Assembly: GCA_045595025.1 (NCBI GenBank)
Contig: JAZNZR010000087.1
Coordinates: 1,066-65,065, forward strand
Length of the DNA: 64,000 bases
Reading direction: 5' to 3'
Origin: Oscillospiraceae bacterium
Lineage (GTDB): Bacteria; Bacillota; Clostridia; Oscillospirales; Oscillospiraceae
Below are positions 36,401-45,122 of the stretch, piece by piece. The position numbers and the translations under genes were made by a program. The stretch's first letter is position 1. Every line of letters begins with the position of its first letter. Below the pieces are notes generated by a model. That model was given only the letters and a program-made list of their open reading frames with translations. It made no database searches and had not been told where the DNA came from.

Positions 36401-38059
36401 ACTGAAGCCTTTAGTGGCTTTACCCGCAGTATGTACTACTTCATCAAGAACAATTACTTCCATCACCGCAGCTCCGCCGGTGTGGGCAACAGCAGCGAAA
36501 GCTACTATGAGTACTCCAATGGCAAGCTCACAGCGCTTGCAGAAGCGCCCGACACCGAGGTGCACGGCGTATCGCTCAAGACCTTCTCCTCTCTTACCGA
36601 CTACGGTCTAAATAGCGGTGTACAGAAGGTATACCTCGACTGGAACGACCCCGCCGAATATGCGCTCTCCAATGGGCTGGAGCTGGGCATGAGCTTCGCC
36701 GATATAACAGCCATCATGGGACAGCCGGAAAGCATTAATGCCGTACATGATAAGAGCGTAAACGCCAGTATGTATTACCTCAATTACTACGGAGAGGCCA
36801 CTCTCTGCCTCATGGCAGAGCTGAATAGCCCTGTGGAGGATGGCACTCTATGGTTCGCCCAGATATACTCTGACAGTATAAATTTTGGACGCATCCTCTC
36901 CTCCGAGCGCAGCGAGGAACACATCAATAGTCTTTACGGCATCGAACATACAGGCATAGCCTCGGAGGACGAGTATCTGCCCGTACTCAGAAACCTCAGT
37001 GTTCCCACAGACGGCTATTTTGACAGCGCCTTTGATCTTGTCCCACGAGATGAGAGCTTGTGGGAGGACGGCCCCCCTCCCTGCGCAGCTTTACTTTTCA
37101 AGGATGGCGTTCTGGAATGCATCTACCTGCGCTACGCCGTGGCAGTAGGTTTCCAGCCCACAGTGGGAGCACCTATCGTCAGCGCTGCAGACGGGGCAGG
37201 GGCAATAAGCTTCGATGGTACCACATTTTACTACCATGACCGAGGTCTTGGACCTCTTGAATATGAGTTGACAGAGCGTAACCAATCCATAAACGCTATC
37301 AGCTCCGCTGTTTCCGCAGGGAGCAAAATTGTGGTGGAGTGTTACACAGGGGCCGGGAACAATGTTTACTGTATATATGATGTGGAGAGCCAAAGCTTTG
37401 AAAAGGACATTATCGGCAGCAATCTCACATGGCTTGGGGACATGCTGAACACAGCGGTTTACTCCGTCCAGTCTGATATTTACAGCTATGACGGGCGGCT
37501 AATTAAGTCATGCGAGCTGAAAGAGAACGAATTTATCTCCGGCCTGTCCTTTTCTGAAAATGGGTCAAAGCTTATCGTAAGCATTTCAAGCGATTCAGGC
37601 AATAATAGACAGGACGTTATCGAAGGCGCCATTCCGGCTCCCGTATATACGGAGCTGCCGGGTGTGCTGAGTATGTACCTGCCGCAGGGCTACAGCCTCG
37701 GCATCTTTGATGGGCGCAGCGCGGCGATCTACGACATCGAAGGAGCCGAGTGTGGCCTCGTGATAACATGCGGAAGAGCCGAACGTGAGCTTGCCTTCAG
37801 CGATGGCAGTCTCAGCGGCGTTGCCAAATTCGACGGGCTTGGCTTCATTGGAGATGTTCCTATTGACCCTCGAGTTCCCGGCCTTATGTATGGCATCGCT
37901 TATACAGACAGCATGTCCTACATAGACAATTGGTATGTTATCTATGCAACGGCAAGCAACGATTTGGCCTATGGTTTGCGTCTGAGCAAGGATTTCTTCA
38001 GCGAAGAGGAAGCTCGTTTTGTGGCAGAGAGCGTTGAGATTCCTGATTTGCTTGGGTAA
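33431..38059 (+). CDS. BlaR1-type M56 metalloprotease signal transducer with ~1200-aa ectodomain (pair 3)
   Basis: Start set at ATG 33431 (GAGGAGGTG SD). AHERSHIVRRDH (HExxH). The ectodomain contains a duplicated ~130-aa module. Confidence 0.85.
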   Translation: MSEVFLGLVGLSFKASFLIVAVVVLRLALKNAPRRIICVLWLLVGLRLIVPFSLESSLSLVPKELNFERDTAVTETAPAPVITPSVQATPNLSLTTPNIEIDTPNHPLLPTVDAATTVPAIEESQATWGATASIGWLVGLGLMLCYLLLSYILLHRSLREAVPVGEGVWKCAAVCSPFVLGLFRPRVYISYGMSPEQTEYVLAHERSHIVRRDHWTKLLAFLILSVHWFNPFVWLAYILLCRDIELACDERVIRSMDAAERKAYSLALLQCAVKASPLAACPLAFGEVGVKQRIKNVLSYKKPTVWIILAALVCGIAVGVFFLTDPKDDSPSLPPDCPDEVWETISGYLDARCVSAEAAGSYFYTQEDSRYGDETLLLNYEVEYVSKRNELLYSFKWTGEHEYNDSDALYYRKTGVHRNTSSGIYYVFNIDGQWKIASSSGYIPGHILRGSKFDCPDAVMDTFERWIMAMSHSGGSYEYYLELSYFGETGTPISQDAFMASTDKSEIQSITKVNDSLYEIKTLYTLVGWEEEYSGQYFVGYIGDKWYVMLYDTVPESLHEGLEYFEHYTWDEKGKTLILPPLASHSGQSGNVSEFPLTDIYPDTPVGIGVNLIYDDEDTVVFQAKHGLFVYNLAERRMVLAIDTIKAVGIAGYQGSIPVAGVRVSPDGNTIQLYHTSHKEQCFYIDTHTGDYYVAPFEEMTDEDDDESVIERTSFIGSYGITVGCFADQYYCTHSGTGERIPLFSDFPFATTSTPELPVEAHIMDKLRFYLPAGCSTGVYDLVLGAGGGVPIYYADGTLCGQMELNYGMAAIIENGEIVFVDDGMNHASFISGFESIDHSVPCTVAEFSDDNGGHYWYVVFTAKDSDFCYALKLDTDYFSRDEAIKMARAVRFSPEAFNSFNELERVYWSIIDSYAMALSARLLPPEMTEAGLNWAVVDYCEDPLYEAGWAIEDIDGNGKPELLIGNQNLVTEVGTPIFTLYTLDDGYDPTEAFSGFTRSMYYFIKNNYFHHRSSAGVGNSSESYYEYSNGKLTALAEAPDTEVHGVSLKTFSSLTDYGLNSGVQKVYLDWNDPAEYALSNGLELGMSFADITAIMGQPESINAVHDKSVNASMYYLNYYGEATLCLMAELNSPVEDGTLWFAQIYSDSINFGRILSSERSEEHINSLYGIEHTGIASEDEYLPVLRNLSVPTDGYFDSAFDLVPRDESLWEDGPPPCAALLFKDGVLECIYLRYAVAVGFQPTVGAPIVSAADGAGAISFDGTTFYYHDRGLGPLEYELTERNQSINAISSAVSAGSKIVVECYTGAGNNVYCIYDVESQSFEKDIIGSNLTWLGDMLNTAVYSVQSDIYSYDGRLIKSCELKENEFISGLSFSENGSKLIVSISSDSGNNRQDVIEGAIPAPVYTELPGVLSMYLPQGYSLGIFDGRSAAIYDIEGAECGLVITCGRAERELAFSDGSLSGVAKFDGLGFIGDVPIDPRVPGLMYGIAYTDSMSYIDNWYVIYATASNDLAYGLRLSKDFFSEEEARFVAESVEIPDLLG

Positions 38060-38493
38060 ATAAAAGAGTACGAATTTTGACCCAAATAATGATTATAGCA
38101 ATTCTTTTAGTAAGTACTATTCAAGAAGTGTCTGCAAAAATGTCAGCCGAGCAGTTAACTACTGCCCGGCTGATTTCCGTAATTTAATTAGATCGTCTTT
38201 CATTCGAATGCCGACCATGATGTCATTTATATATGCCGTTTCCGGCTTGAAGATCGGCTCTTAACAGTAATGCTTTTTATTTGACGCTCTGGAGGTAACA
38301 TTCGATGTTTTTTAGATGACTGCATCTGAATATTGCTGGAATGATTATAGTATTTGTCATTGTCTTAAAGTCAAAATACCATCTGTCACTAATTAGCGAC
38401 TCCTGCGCCTTGTACATTAACAAAATAAATGATATGCTATTTAGTAATTTATTGTGTCGATTTGTCGGAATACAACGGAGGTGCACCCACCAC

Positions 38494-39477
38494 ATGTCAG
38501 ATAACTGCCAGAAAATCAAACTGCTTAAGATGTACGAGCTCCTCAAACAGGAAACCGACGAGCAGAATCCCATGACCACAGCGATGATAATTGAGCGCCT
38601 TGGAAAAATCGGTATTTCCTGTGAGCGCAGGACCCTGTACAAGGACATTGCCACGCTCAACGAGCACGGTTATGAAATAATGTTTCGCTGGGTGGGCAAG
38701 GAAAAGGGCTATTATGTAGAAGACCGTGCCTTCTCGATCCCCGAGTTGAAGATACTTATAGACGCTGTTCAGGCCGCCAACTTCATTACAGAAAAAAAGA
38801 CCGCCGAATTGATCGGCAAGATAGCAGATCTTGGCGGCGGCCACAAGGCTGAAATTCTTAAGGGCAACATGGTGTGTTTTAACACCAGAAAGCATAGTAA
38901 TGAGTCTATCCTCTATAATGTAGGTTATCTCGAGGAGGCTATTCTGGAGAAAAAGAAGGTCATCTTCCGTTACTACGACCTGAATGAGCAAGGTGAAAAG
39001 GCCTACCGCCGTGAAGGCCACCATTACGTTGTCGAACCCATTGCTTTGGTGTTCATCGAGGACAACTACTACCTTATGGTATATAGTGCGAAGCACGACA
39101 GCACCGCGAACTATCGCGTTGACCGTATGGATGCAGTGGAAATCATTGACGAGCCTGTCACGAAAAAGGCACTTGAATTACGTAACGATATAGACTGCTA
39201 TACAGAGCAGGTGTTCAAAATGTACGGCGGACAACCTGTGGACATCACCATTCAATTCGATCGTAGGCTTATAGGTGCCGTTTACGACAAATTCGGTGAG
39301 GACACCAAAATGATTTGTCTGAACTCAGATTGTTGTGTTGCTACAGTCAAGGTGCAGATCAGCCCCACCTTCTGGGGTTGGATCTTCCAGTTCGGTGGGC
39401 TGATGAGGATTACTTCGCCAGAGGGCATGATTGAGAAGTATAATCGCATGGCAGGTGCTCTCGTGAGCGGTTATTGA
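38494..39477 (+). CDS. WYL-domain transcriptional regulator (HTH + WYL + C-terminal domain)
   Basis: Start set at ATG 38494 (ACGGAGGTG SD). N-terminal wHTH (KLLKMYELL...MTTAMIIERLGKIGISCERRTLYKDIATLNEHGY). Central FRYYDL...HHYVVEPIALVFIEDNYYLMVYS...NYRVDRM is the WYL-domain pattern. Confidence 0.8.
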   Translation: MSDNCQKIKLLKMYELLKQETDEQNPMTTAMIIERLGKIGISCERRTLYKDIATLNEHGYEIMFRWVGKEKGYYVEDRAFSIPELKILIDAVQAANFITEKKTAELIGKIADLGGGHKAEILKGNMVCFNTRKHSNESILYNVGYLEEAILEKKKVIFRYYDLNEQGEKAYRREGHHYVVEPIALVFIEDNYYLMVYSAKHDSTANYRVDRMDAVEIIDEPVTKKALELRNDIDCYTEQVFKMYGGQPVDITIQFDRRLIGAVYDKFGEDTKMICLNSDCCVATVKVQISPTFWGWIFQFGGLMRITSPEGMIEKYNRMAGALVSGY

Positions 39478-39774
39478 AACCATTTACAGTTGAAAAACGA
39501 TTAATGAATATTCTGTAGAAAACATCATAATATAGCAGTTTCAGCGACTTGCGATTTCTGGTGTTCTAAAATGAAAATTCTTCTTTTAAAGGCAGCTCTA
39601 TGCCCGGTGCAAAGTATTTCCTCAATGGCAATCTGGGATGGGCTTCCTAAACAGAACCCCTGGCACATCCATACCGTTGGCCATTGCATAGACCAGAAAA
39701 GTCTGAAGAACTTTATTCCACATTTCTACCCAAGGAAATGGGGAAATTGCCTGAACAATTGATCTAAATATTGC

Positions 39775-39812
39775 AATATCCCACAGTGATTAATAGCTGT
39801 GGGATATTTTTC
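39775..39812 (+). terminator. Rho-independent terminator
   Basis: 12-bp stem AATATCCCACAG / CTGTGGGATATT followed by TTTTC, ~300 nt past the WYL stop. Confidence 0.7.
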
Positions 39813-39902
39813 ATATGGTGATATTGATGATAGGACAGCAAACATGTTATTTAGGCACTACCAAAAAACACTAAATCCGCATAATATACTTGGCAGTACG
39901 TG

Positions 39903-42287
39903 CTACTCGGTATAACAAGTAATAAAACCTATTTTGTGACGGGGTATTATTGCCGGAATGCAATATCTGACTTTTATCATAGCAACCCGCAGATACTCGA
40001 TCAATTCTTCCTCTAAGAATGGGATTTCAACACTATTGGAGGATTCCTTAAACCAAAAACCATCCGCTGTTTTATATTTTTTACAAATGTACCTCAGTTC
40101 TGATTCGGTCAGTTCTTCTGTCACCATCATAAATCCCTCACACGGGAGACTAAACCCCACTGTTTCCTTGGAAGAATCGACATATACCGCGACACTATAA
40201 AAACCCGTATGCCAATCTCCTGCATTTTTAAGTATAGAATTAAACGTTTGAATTTTTTCGGAAATATGCGGCTGGATTCTTCTGTGGGCGAATCTGTTGA
40301 AGACAGCAAAGTTATAAAACTTGTCTACATTAACACCTTTTTCAGACATTTGCCGCATCATTTCTTCAAATGCCATAATGCTATTCTCGAAGTCTCCAAA
40401 TGTATTCTTGACACCACAAACATTAAGTATGCTGTGGCGCATCAGTTTATAAAATAACTTCATTTCGAGAATGTCTTGAACAACTTGATCTGTTCCGTAG
40501 AATGCATAATGCTCAGAAAAGTCTTTCAACAAGTGAAAATCGCAAAAACGTATATCAATACATGCTCCATCGGTTGGTACACTATCCACATATAGAGAGG
40601 ATTGCATTAAGCGATCAATTATTTCCTTACGTACATTGCTAATTTTATTCGTCCACATTTCTCGCTCATTTCGAATAGTATATGCTTCATCGAGCATTTT
40701 CTTTTTTATTGCTTCAATTAGGGAAATGTAAAACCAATCATTAACTTGTTTAGGTGCTTCTGATTTGCCTAGCCAACTGCAAAACAAAGAGTATTTTTCA
40801 AAGTACCTTTCAGCAATAATTCCATCCGAGTTCATATATTCCTTCATTTTTAGTAGCACATCCAAGCTAAGCGACTCCATGTCATTTTGGCTGATATTTC
40901 TAAAAAACAGGTAGCAATAAAAAGTCAAAAATTCAATTGTATCGTTTCCCAGCCTCGCCGTCTTCGCTTCACCTAAAGAGATGTATTCCCAGTTAAAAGC
41001 TCGGTCATTGAAAAAGCTCAACAGAAAATTTGCCCCACCAAACATCAACTCCGTATTAGAAAGAATATCCTTTATCTTTGTAGGTTCGGAGCTGCTGTAT
41101 GACTCCATGATGGTTGCTTCTGAAAACGCGCGGAGTCGCTCCAGATAATCATTCCCCTTTTCTATAGGCATATACTGTTCTTTAAGCGCTACATAGTACA
41201 GATAGGTTATTGCAGTAAGCAAAACATTAGATTTTATTTCTGGATTTTTGTATGGCTTGGATCTCCAAACTGCCTGCATAATCTTTACAAATGTATCCAC
41301 ATCTGCAAAGTTTATAGAGTTGCGAAGCACAAATAATGCTTTTGCTGAATAATCATTACTTGCTTGTAATATGTCATTCTTTATTTGGTCAATTTCACTT
41401 TGAAAGCACGACGAAGAAATGTCCCCTCGATAATATGAATACATGAAAGCATCAATTCCCGCAGCACTCCAGCGCGAGTCAATGGACTTTGGATATGATG
41501 TCCGCAAGATTGTACGAATATTTGGTTCCGATTTTACGCTAATTGCTAATCTCAGCAATTGAATCTGCGCAGAATGCATCTGTTCATTAAACTGGACCAT
41601 CCCCTCATCCGAATAACTATCCATCAACCTAACAAAGTACCAGTACGTGTCACTTTCATAAAGATTCACCTCTCTCCTTATCTCAGCAGATAATTCTGCC
41701 TCAATTCCATCAATGACTTCGCGAAACTGCTTTCTTGATGCATTCTTATGCTTTTCTACGTTCTTTTTATCATGTGTCGTGATTGTATCGACCAATAAAT
41801 TAACCACTTTTTTGGCCCAATCTGAATATTTTTCAGACTTAGTAATTACATTTATGCACTCAAGAAGGATTGATGTTGCAAGATACACTGTAAAAAGAAA
41901 CAAAAAAGTGGCTGCTGTTATATTATCTAAAATCACAAAAATCCATGTAATTGCAGGCAGTACGATTGAGCACAGAATCTTCTCCCAAAAAGATAATTCA
42001 ATCCTCGGAAAACGCTTCGATAAATGCAACAGGCTTTTAATACTTATCCCATAGTGACTAGCATCGATTTTTGCAAGAATAAACGCAACAGATGCAAGCG
42101 TAAGGGAAGCAATTGTTGTCTGTATCTCCCAAATTGCAAGTACAACAGCTGAATAATTGCCTATCCAAATAATAGGATTATTTTTAAACCACAAAATGTC
42201 CAAAATCCAGACACAAAATGCGAATGCTGTAAGCACGGCAATCCATATCACTATACGCATCAATCGCACTCGTAAAAACTTCTCCAT
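39903..42287 (-). CDS. 794-aa membrane protein of unknown function (4-5 N-terminal TM helices plus ~620-aa helical soluble region)
   Basis: Long uninterrupted ORF, very AT-rich (30% GC in the line at 40501). No nucleotide-binding or nuclease motif recognised. Confidence 0.7.
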   Translation of the reverse strand: MEKFLRVRLMRIVIWIAVLTAFAFCVWILDILWFKNNPIIWIGNYSAVVLAIWEIQTTIASLTLASVAFILAKIDASHYGISIKSLLHLSKRFPRIELSFWEKILCSIVLPAITWIFVILDNITAATFLFLFTVYLATSILLECINVITKSEKYSDWAKKVVNLLVDTITTHDKKNVEKHKNASRKQFREVIDGIEAELSAEIRREVNLYESDTYWYFVRLMDSYSDEGMVQFNEQMHSAQIQLLRLAISVKSEPNIRTILRTSYPKSIDSRWSAAGIDAFMYSYYRGDISSSCFQSEIDQIKNDILQASNDYSAKALFVLRNSINFADVDTFVKIMQAVWRSKPYKNPEIKSNVLLTAITYLYYVALKEQYMPIEKGNDYLERLRAFSEATIMESYSSSEPTKIKDILSNTELMFGGANFLLSFFNDRAFNWEYISLGEAKTARLGNDTIEFLTFYCYLFFRNISQNDMESLSLDVLLKMKEYMNSDGIIAERYFEKYSLFCSWLGKSEAPKQVNDWFYISLIEAIKKKMLDEAYTIRNEREMWTNKISNVRKEIIDRLMQSSLYVDSVPTDGACIDIRFCDFHLLKDFSEHYAFYGTDQVVQDILEMKLFYKLMRHSILNVCGVKNTFGDFENSIMAFEEMMRQMSEKGVNVDKFYNFAVFNRFAHRRIQPHISEKIQTFNSILKNAGDWHTGFYSVAVYVDSSKETVGFSLPCEGFMMVTEELTESELRYICKKYKTADGFWFKESSNSVEIPFLEEELIEYLRVAMIKVRYCIPAIIPRHKIGFITCYTE

Positions 42288-42401
42288 ACTTAAACCTCTG
42301 TTTCGATGATTTTACCACTAATACATAAAATGAACGTCTCTTACAAAAAGGCAAATCTTCACCACATCAAGTGTTGTAAAGCATTTTTGTTAATAACAGA
42401 A

Positions 42402-43715
42402 CTATCCAACGACTCTGTGCTGCTCCGATACGAACTCCAATAGAGTCTCGCTCTCATTTGGGACTTGTTCGTCTATCACCGCGTTCAGGCAGACTTGTAG
42501 CATTTTACCAACGCTCTTGCCTTTATAGCCAAGAGCTAGCAAATCGTTTCCGTTAATGGCAAGGTCTTTCAAAGAAAAACAAGATTCTTCCGTAATAATC
42601 TCACTAACCATCGCACGTACGGCCTCATACTCGGTGATTCGCTCCATACACAAAGCGGATTGCCCAAACGTATCCGCTTTGTGCAGTTCTATAAGCTGGA
42701 GAACAGCCTCAACGCCATGCTTGTTCATAAGGCGCTTGACGGGCTTTTTATCTGCGCTGATTGGAAGGTCGTGGTATCTCACAAGCCGCAGAACGCGCTC
42801 TCTGCGTGCATTATCAAAGCGCAAACGTACGAAAATACTTTCGGCCAGTTCGGTGCTTCGTTCTGCATGTCCATAGAAATGTCCTATGCCGTCCTCACCT
42901 ATGGTGAAGCAGTGAGGTTTACCCACGTCGTGTAGCAGAGCCGCCCAACGCAAAATAGGCTCCGGCGGTATGGCCGACACCACAGCAACTGTGTGGAGCC
43001 ACACATCCTTGTTGTGGTGGGGATTATGCTGCACAAAACCAAACATAGGAGTGATTTCAGGGACACATACTGCAAGGACGTCGGCATAGTCTGTCAAAAC
43101 ATCTCCTACACCGACTCCGCAAAGCATTTTCGTCAGCTCAACCTGAATCCTTTCAGGCGCGACATCCAAAAGAAGCTGCTTATTTCTGTGAATGGCTGCA
43201 GCGGTATTGGACTCCATTTGCATTTCAAACACAGAGGCAAAACGCAAAGCCCGCAGGATCCTCAGACCGTCTTCTTGAAATCTGCTGCCCGGGTCACCAA
43301 CGCAGCGGACAAGCCCCGCTGCGATATCATCGCAACCTCCCATGATATCTACAATGCCGCTCCGAGGATTATAGGCCAGAGCATTCATTGTAAAATCTCT
43401 GTGCTCCAAGTCCTCTCGCAGGCTGCTTGCGAAGTCATGACCATCGCCACCAATGCGATAGGTCGTTATCTCGATGGGCTCATGGTCTATCATCGCCGTG
43501 ACCGTGCCATGCTTCAGTCCGGTTTCAAATATATGATAGGCGGAAAAGACCGCCTCCACCTGTTCTGGCAGGGCATTTGTAGTGATGTCCCAATCCTTTG
43601 CAGGACTTTGGTTGCGCACATAGTCACGAACCGCACCGCCAACAAGGTAGGCTTCAAAGCCCGCTGCCTCCAGTAAAGCAAACGCAGTATTCACTTGTAG
43701 CGGAAGTTTTATCAT
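42402..43715 (-). CDS. cca: CCA-adding enzyme / class II tRNA nucleotidyltransferase with HD domain
   Basis: 437 aa. LVGGAVRDYV...KDWDITT (GGxVRD plus DxD), HRDFTMNA, EDGLRILRALRFAS, and an HD region HTVAV...LLHDVGKP...GHAE...RYHD. Confidence 0.85.
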   Translation of the reverse strand: MIKLPLQVNTAFALLEAAGFEAYLVGGAVRDYVRNQSPAKDWDITTNALPEQVEAVFSAYHIFETGLKHGTVTAMIDHEPIEITTYRIGGDGHDFASSLREDLEHRDFTMNALAYNPRSGIVDIMGGCDDIAAGLVRCVGDPGSRFQEDGLRILRALRFASVFEMQMESNTAAAIHRNKQLLLDVAPERIQVELTKMLCGVGVGDVLTDYADVLAVCVPEITPMFGFVQHNPHHNKDVWLHTVAVVSAIPPEPILRWAALLHDVGKPHCFTIGEDGIGHFYGHAERSTELAESIFVRLRFDNARRERVLRLVRYHDLPISADKKPVKRLMNKHGVEAVLQLIELHKADTFGQSALCMERITEYEAVRAMVSEIITEESCFSLKDLAINGNDLLALGYKGKSVGKMLQVCLNAVIDEQVPNESETLLEFVSEQHRVVG

Positions 43716-43841
43716 ATGCTACATCTCCAATACGGACAGGAATCGCTTATCCAATTCGGTCCAATTGTGGCTAGTTCCTTTTGGCATGCGCCTGATTTGT
43801 GCCCGCACGTCGGCGACACTTTCGTCCAAATATCGTTTATA

Positions 43842-45122
43842 TCATCTGCGCTTGGTATCAGCTTGGTTTCCGTCAAATTTTATTTTTTCAATCTCGCCAA
43901 ATAATTCTGCCTTTGAACTTGGTCTTATTCTCCATGCGTTGCCGTGATTCTTTCCTGAGTACTTGCCCGTCTTGGATGTATAACCTCTCCAGTCATAAGT
44001 TATTTTTCCAGACTTAATGAGCGAGAGGAATGTCGCAAATTGGGGCGCTCTAGAAAACTCAATCTCATTGTACTTAAATTGAACCATACCATTCACGATC
44101 CTGTGTTCTGCTTTCACCCACAGTGTAGACGGATGCTTCTGATAAAGCTGTTCTTTAAGCTCGTCAAACAGCCAAAATGCCGTAGTCTCTATTTTTTTTG
44201 TTTTAGGGTCAGTGCGTTTTAGGTTCACTCGCGCATCCTCTTCGTCTACATCAAGGAAAAAACCTTGATTGTTTTGCGGTGCATCAGAGGACCCAATAGT
44301 TATATACAGACTACTGTATCCACGATGTTTATCCGAGTCATAGCCATAGTATCTGGCAAACGCAGAAACTCTCTGCCGATCATTGGCTTCGTAGGCCTCA
44401 ATGGCCGTTCCCTCAAAATGGGGGCGCAGCGTAAAAAGTGTGTCCAGTGTTTTGGAGCCACCCTTGGCCTTCACTTCAATAACTCCTTCATAGTCAGCAT
44501 CGTCTCTGTTGTTGGTTACAATACCCAGAAGTGCCTCGAGGGTATCTCCCACATCCTTAGGTGCTATATTACCAACGCCCTTAGAATTATTGTAGAAGCC
44601 TCCTTCAAGGATCTCTTTAAGCTTCGGCTTAACACGCTCCAATGTTTGGCTAATTAAATCACTCCCAAGCGCATCCAGGATAGCTTGAGAACTCGGTGTG
44701 TTGTGTGTAAGGTTGATCAGATAGATTAATGGGCTACCGTCTTCTTTCTTCAAGAATGAGATATAAATGAGATCGCCCTCATTCATTTCTTTAGCTGCCG
44801 CCCGTCTTTTAACTGTCTCAATCGAAAAGCGGGGATCACCACGGTCATTCTTTACGCGGTAAAACTTCAGCTTGATCTGTTCCGTTTTTGACTGCTGAAC
44901 AAATAATGCAGTCGAAGTAACTCCATAATCTCCACCGTGCTCCAACGTCTCATAATTGACAATTCCAGCATTAAACAAAAGGGACCTGAAAATACCGTTT
45001 GCATCCAGATTATTTTTATCGATCATAGTGTAGGTCAGGCGTAGCAGTGCATACTCATCATTCCGGATTTTCTGGATTCCGTTGATTACTTTTGCTTCAT
45101 CAGGATAAGGAACAAAAATCAT
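43842..45122 (-). CDS. Type II restriction endonuclease, MutH/Sau3AI/MvaI-BcnI-like catalytic half with a distinct N-terminal domain
   Basis: 426 aa. GDTLEALLGI...DADYEGVIEVKAKGG fits the MutH-type D-x5-E-x-K site. The tail NHGNAWRI is similar to MvaI/BcnI-type proteins. ATGA overlap with the controller gene. Lies downstream of a C5-MTase. Confidence 0.65.
   Translation of the reverse strand: MIFVPYPDEAKVINGIQKIRNDEYALLRLTYTMIDKNNLDANGIFRSLLFNAGIVNYETLEHGGDYGVTSTALFVQQSKTEQIKLKFYRVKNDRGDPRFSIETVKRRAAAKEMNEGDLIYISFLKKEDGSPLIYLINLTHNTPSSQAILDALGSDLISQTLERVKPKLKEILEGGFYNNSKGVGNIAPKDVGDTLEALLGIVTNNRDDADYEGVIEVKAKGGSKTLDTLFTLRPHFEGTAIEAYEANDRQRVSAFARYYGYDSDKHRGYSSLYITIGSSDAPQNNQGFFLDVDEEDARVNLKRTDPKTKKIETTAFWLFDELKEQLYQKHPSTLWVKAEHRIVNGMVQFKYNEIEFSRAPQFATFLSLIKSGKITYDWRGYTSKTGKYSGKNHGNAWRIRPSSKAELFGEIEKIKFDGNQADTKRR

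Noticed and set aside
33461-36565. Reverse-strand ORFs 33461..34306, 34979..35716 and 35843..36565 inside the pair-3 blaR1-like gene.
   Set aside because: Same reasoning: these are antisense shadows of a 1543-aa continuous frame with clear M56 motifs.
39571-39762. 63-aa + strand ORF between the WYL gene and its terminator.
   Set aside because: It has an odd composition and no SD. The opposite strand shows longer but interrupted frames, so I treat the region as gene remnants.
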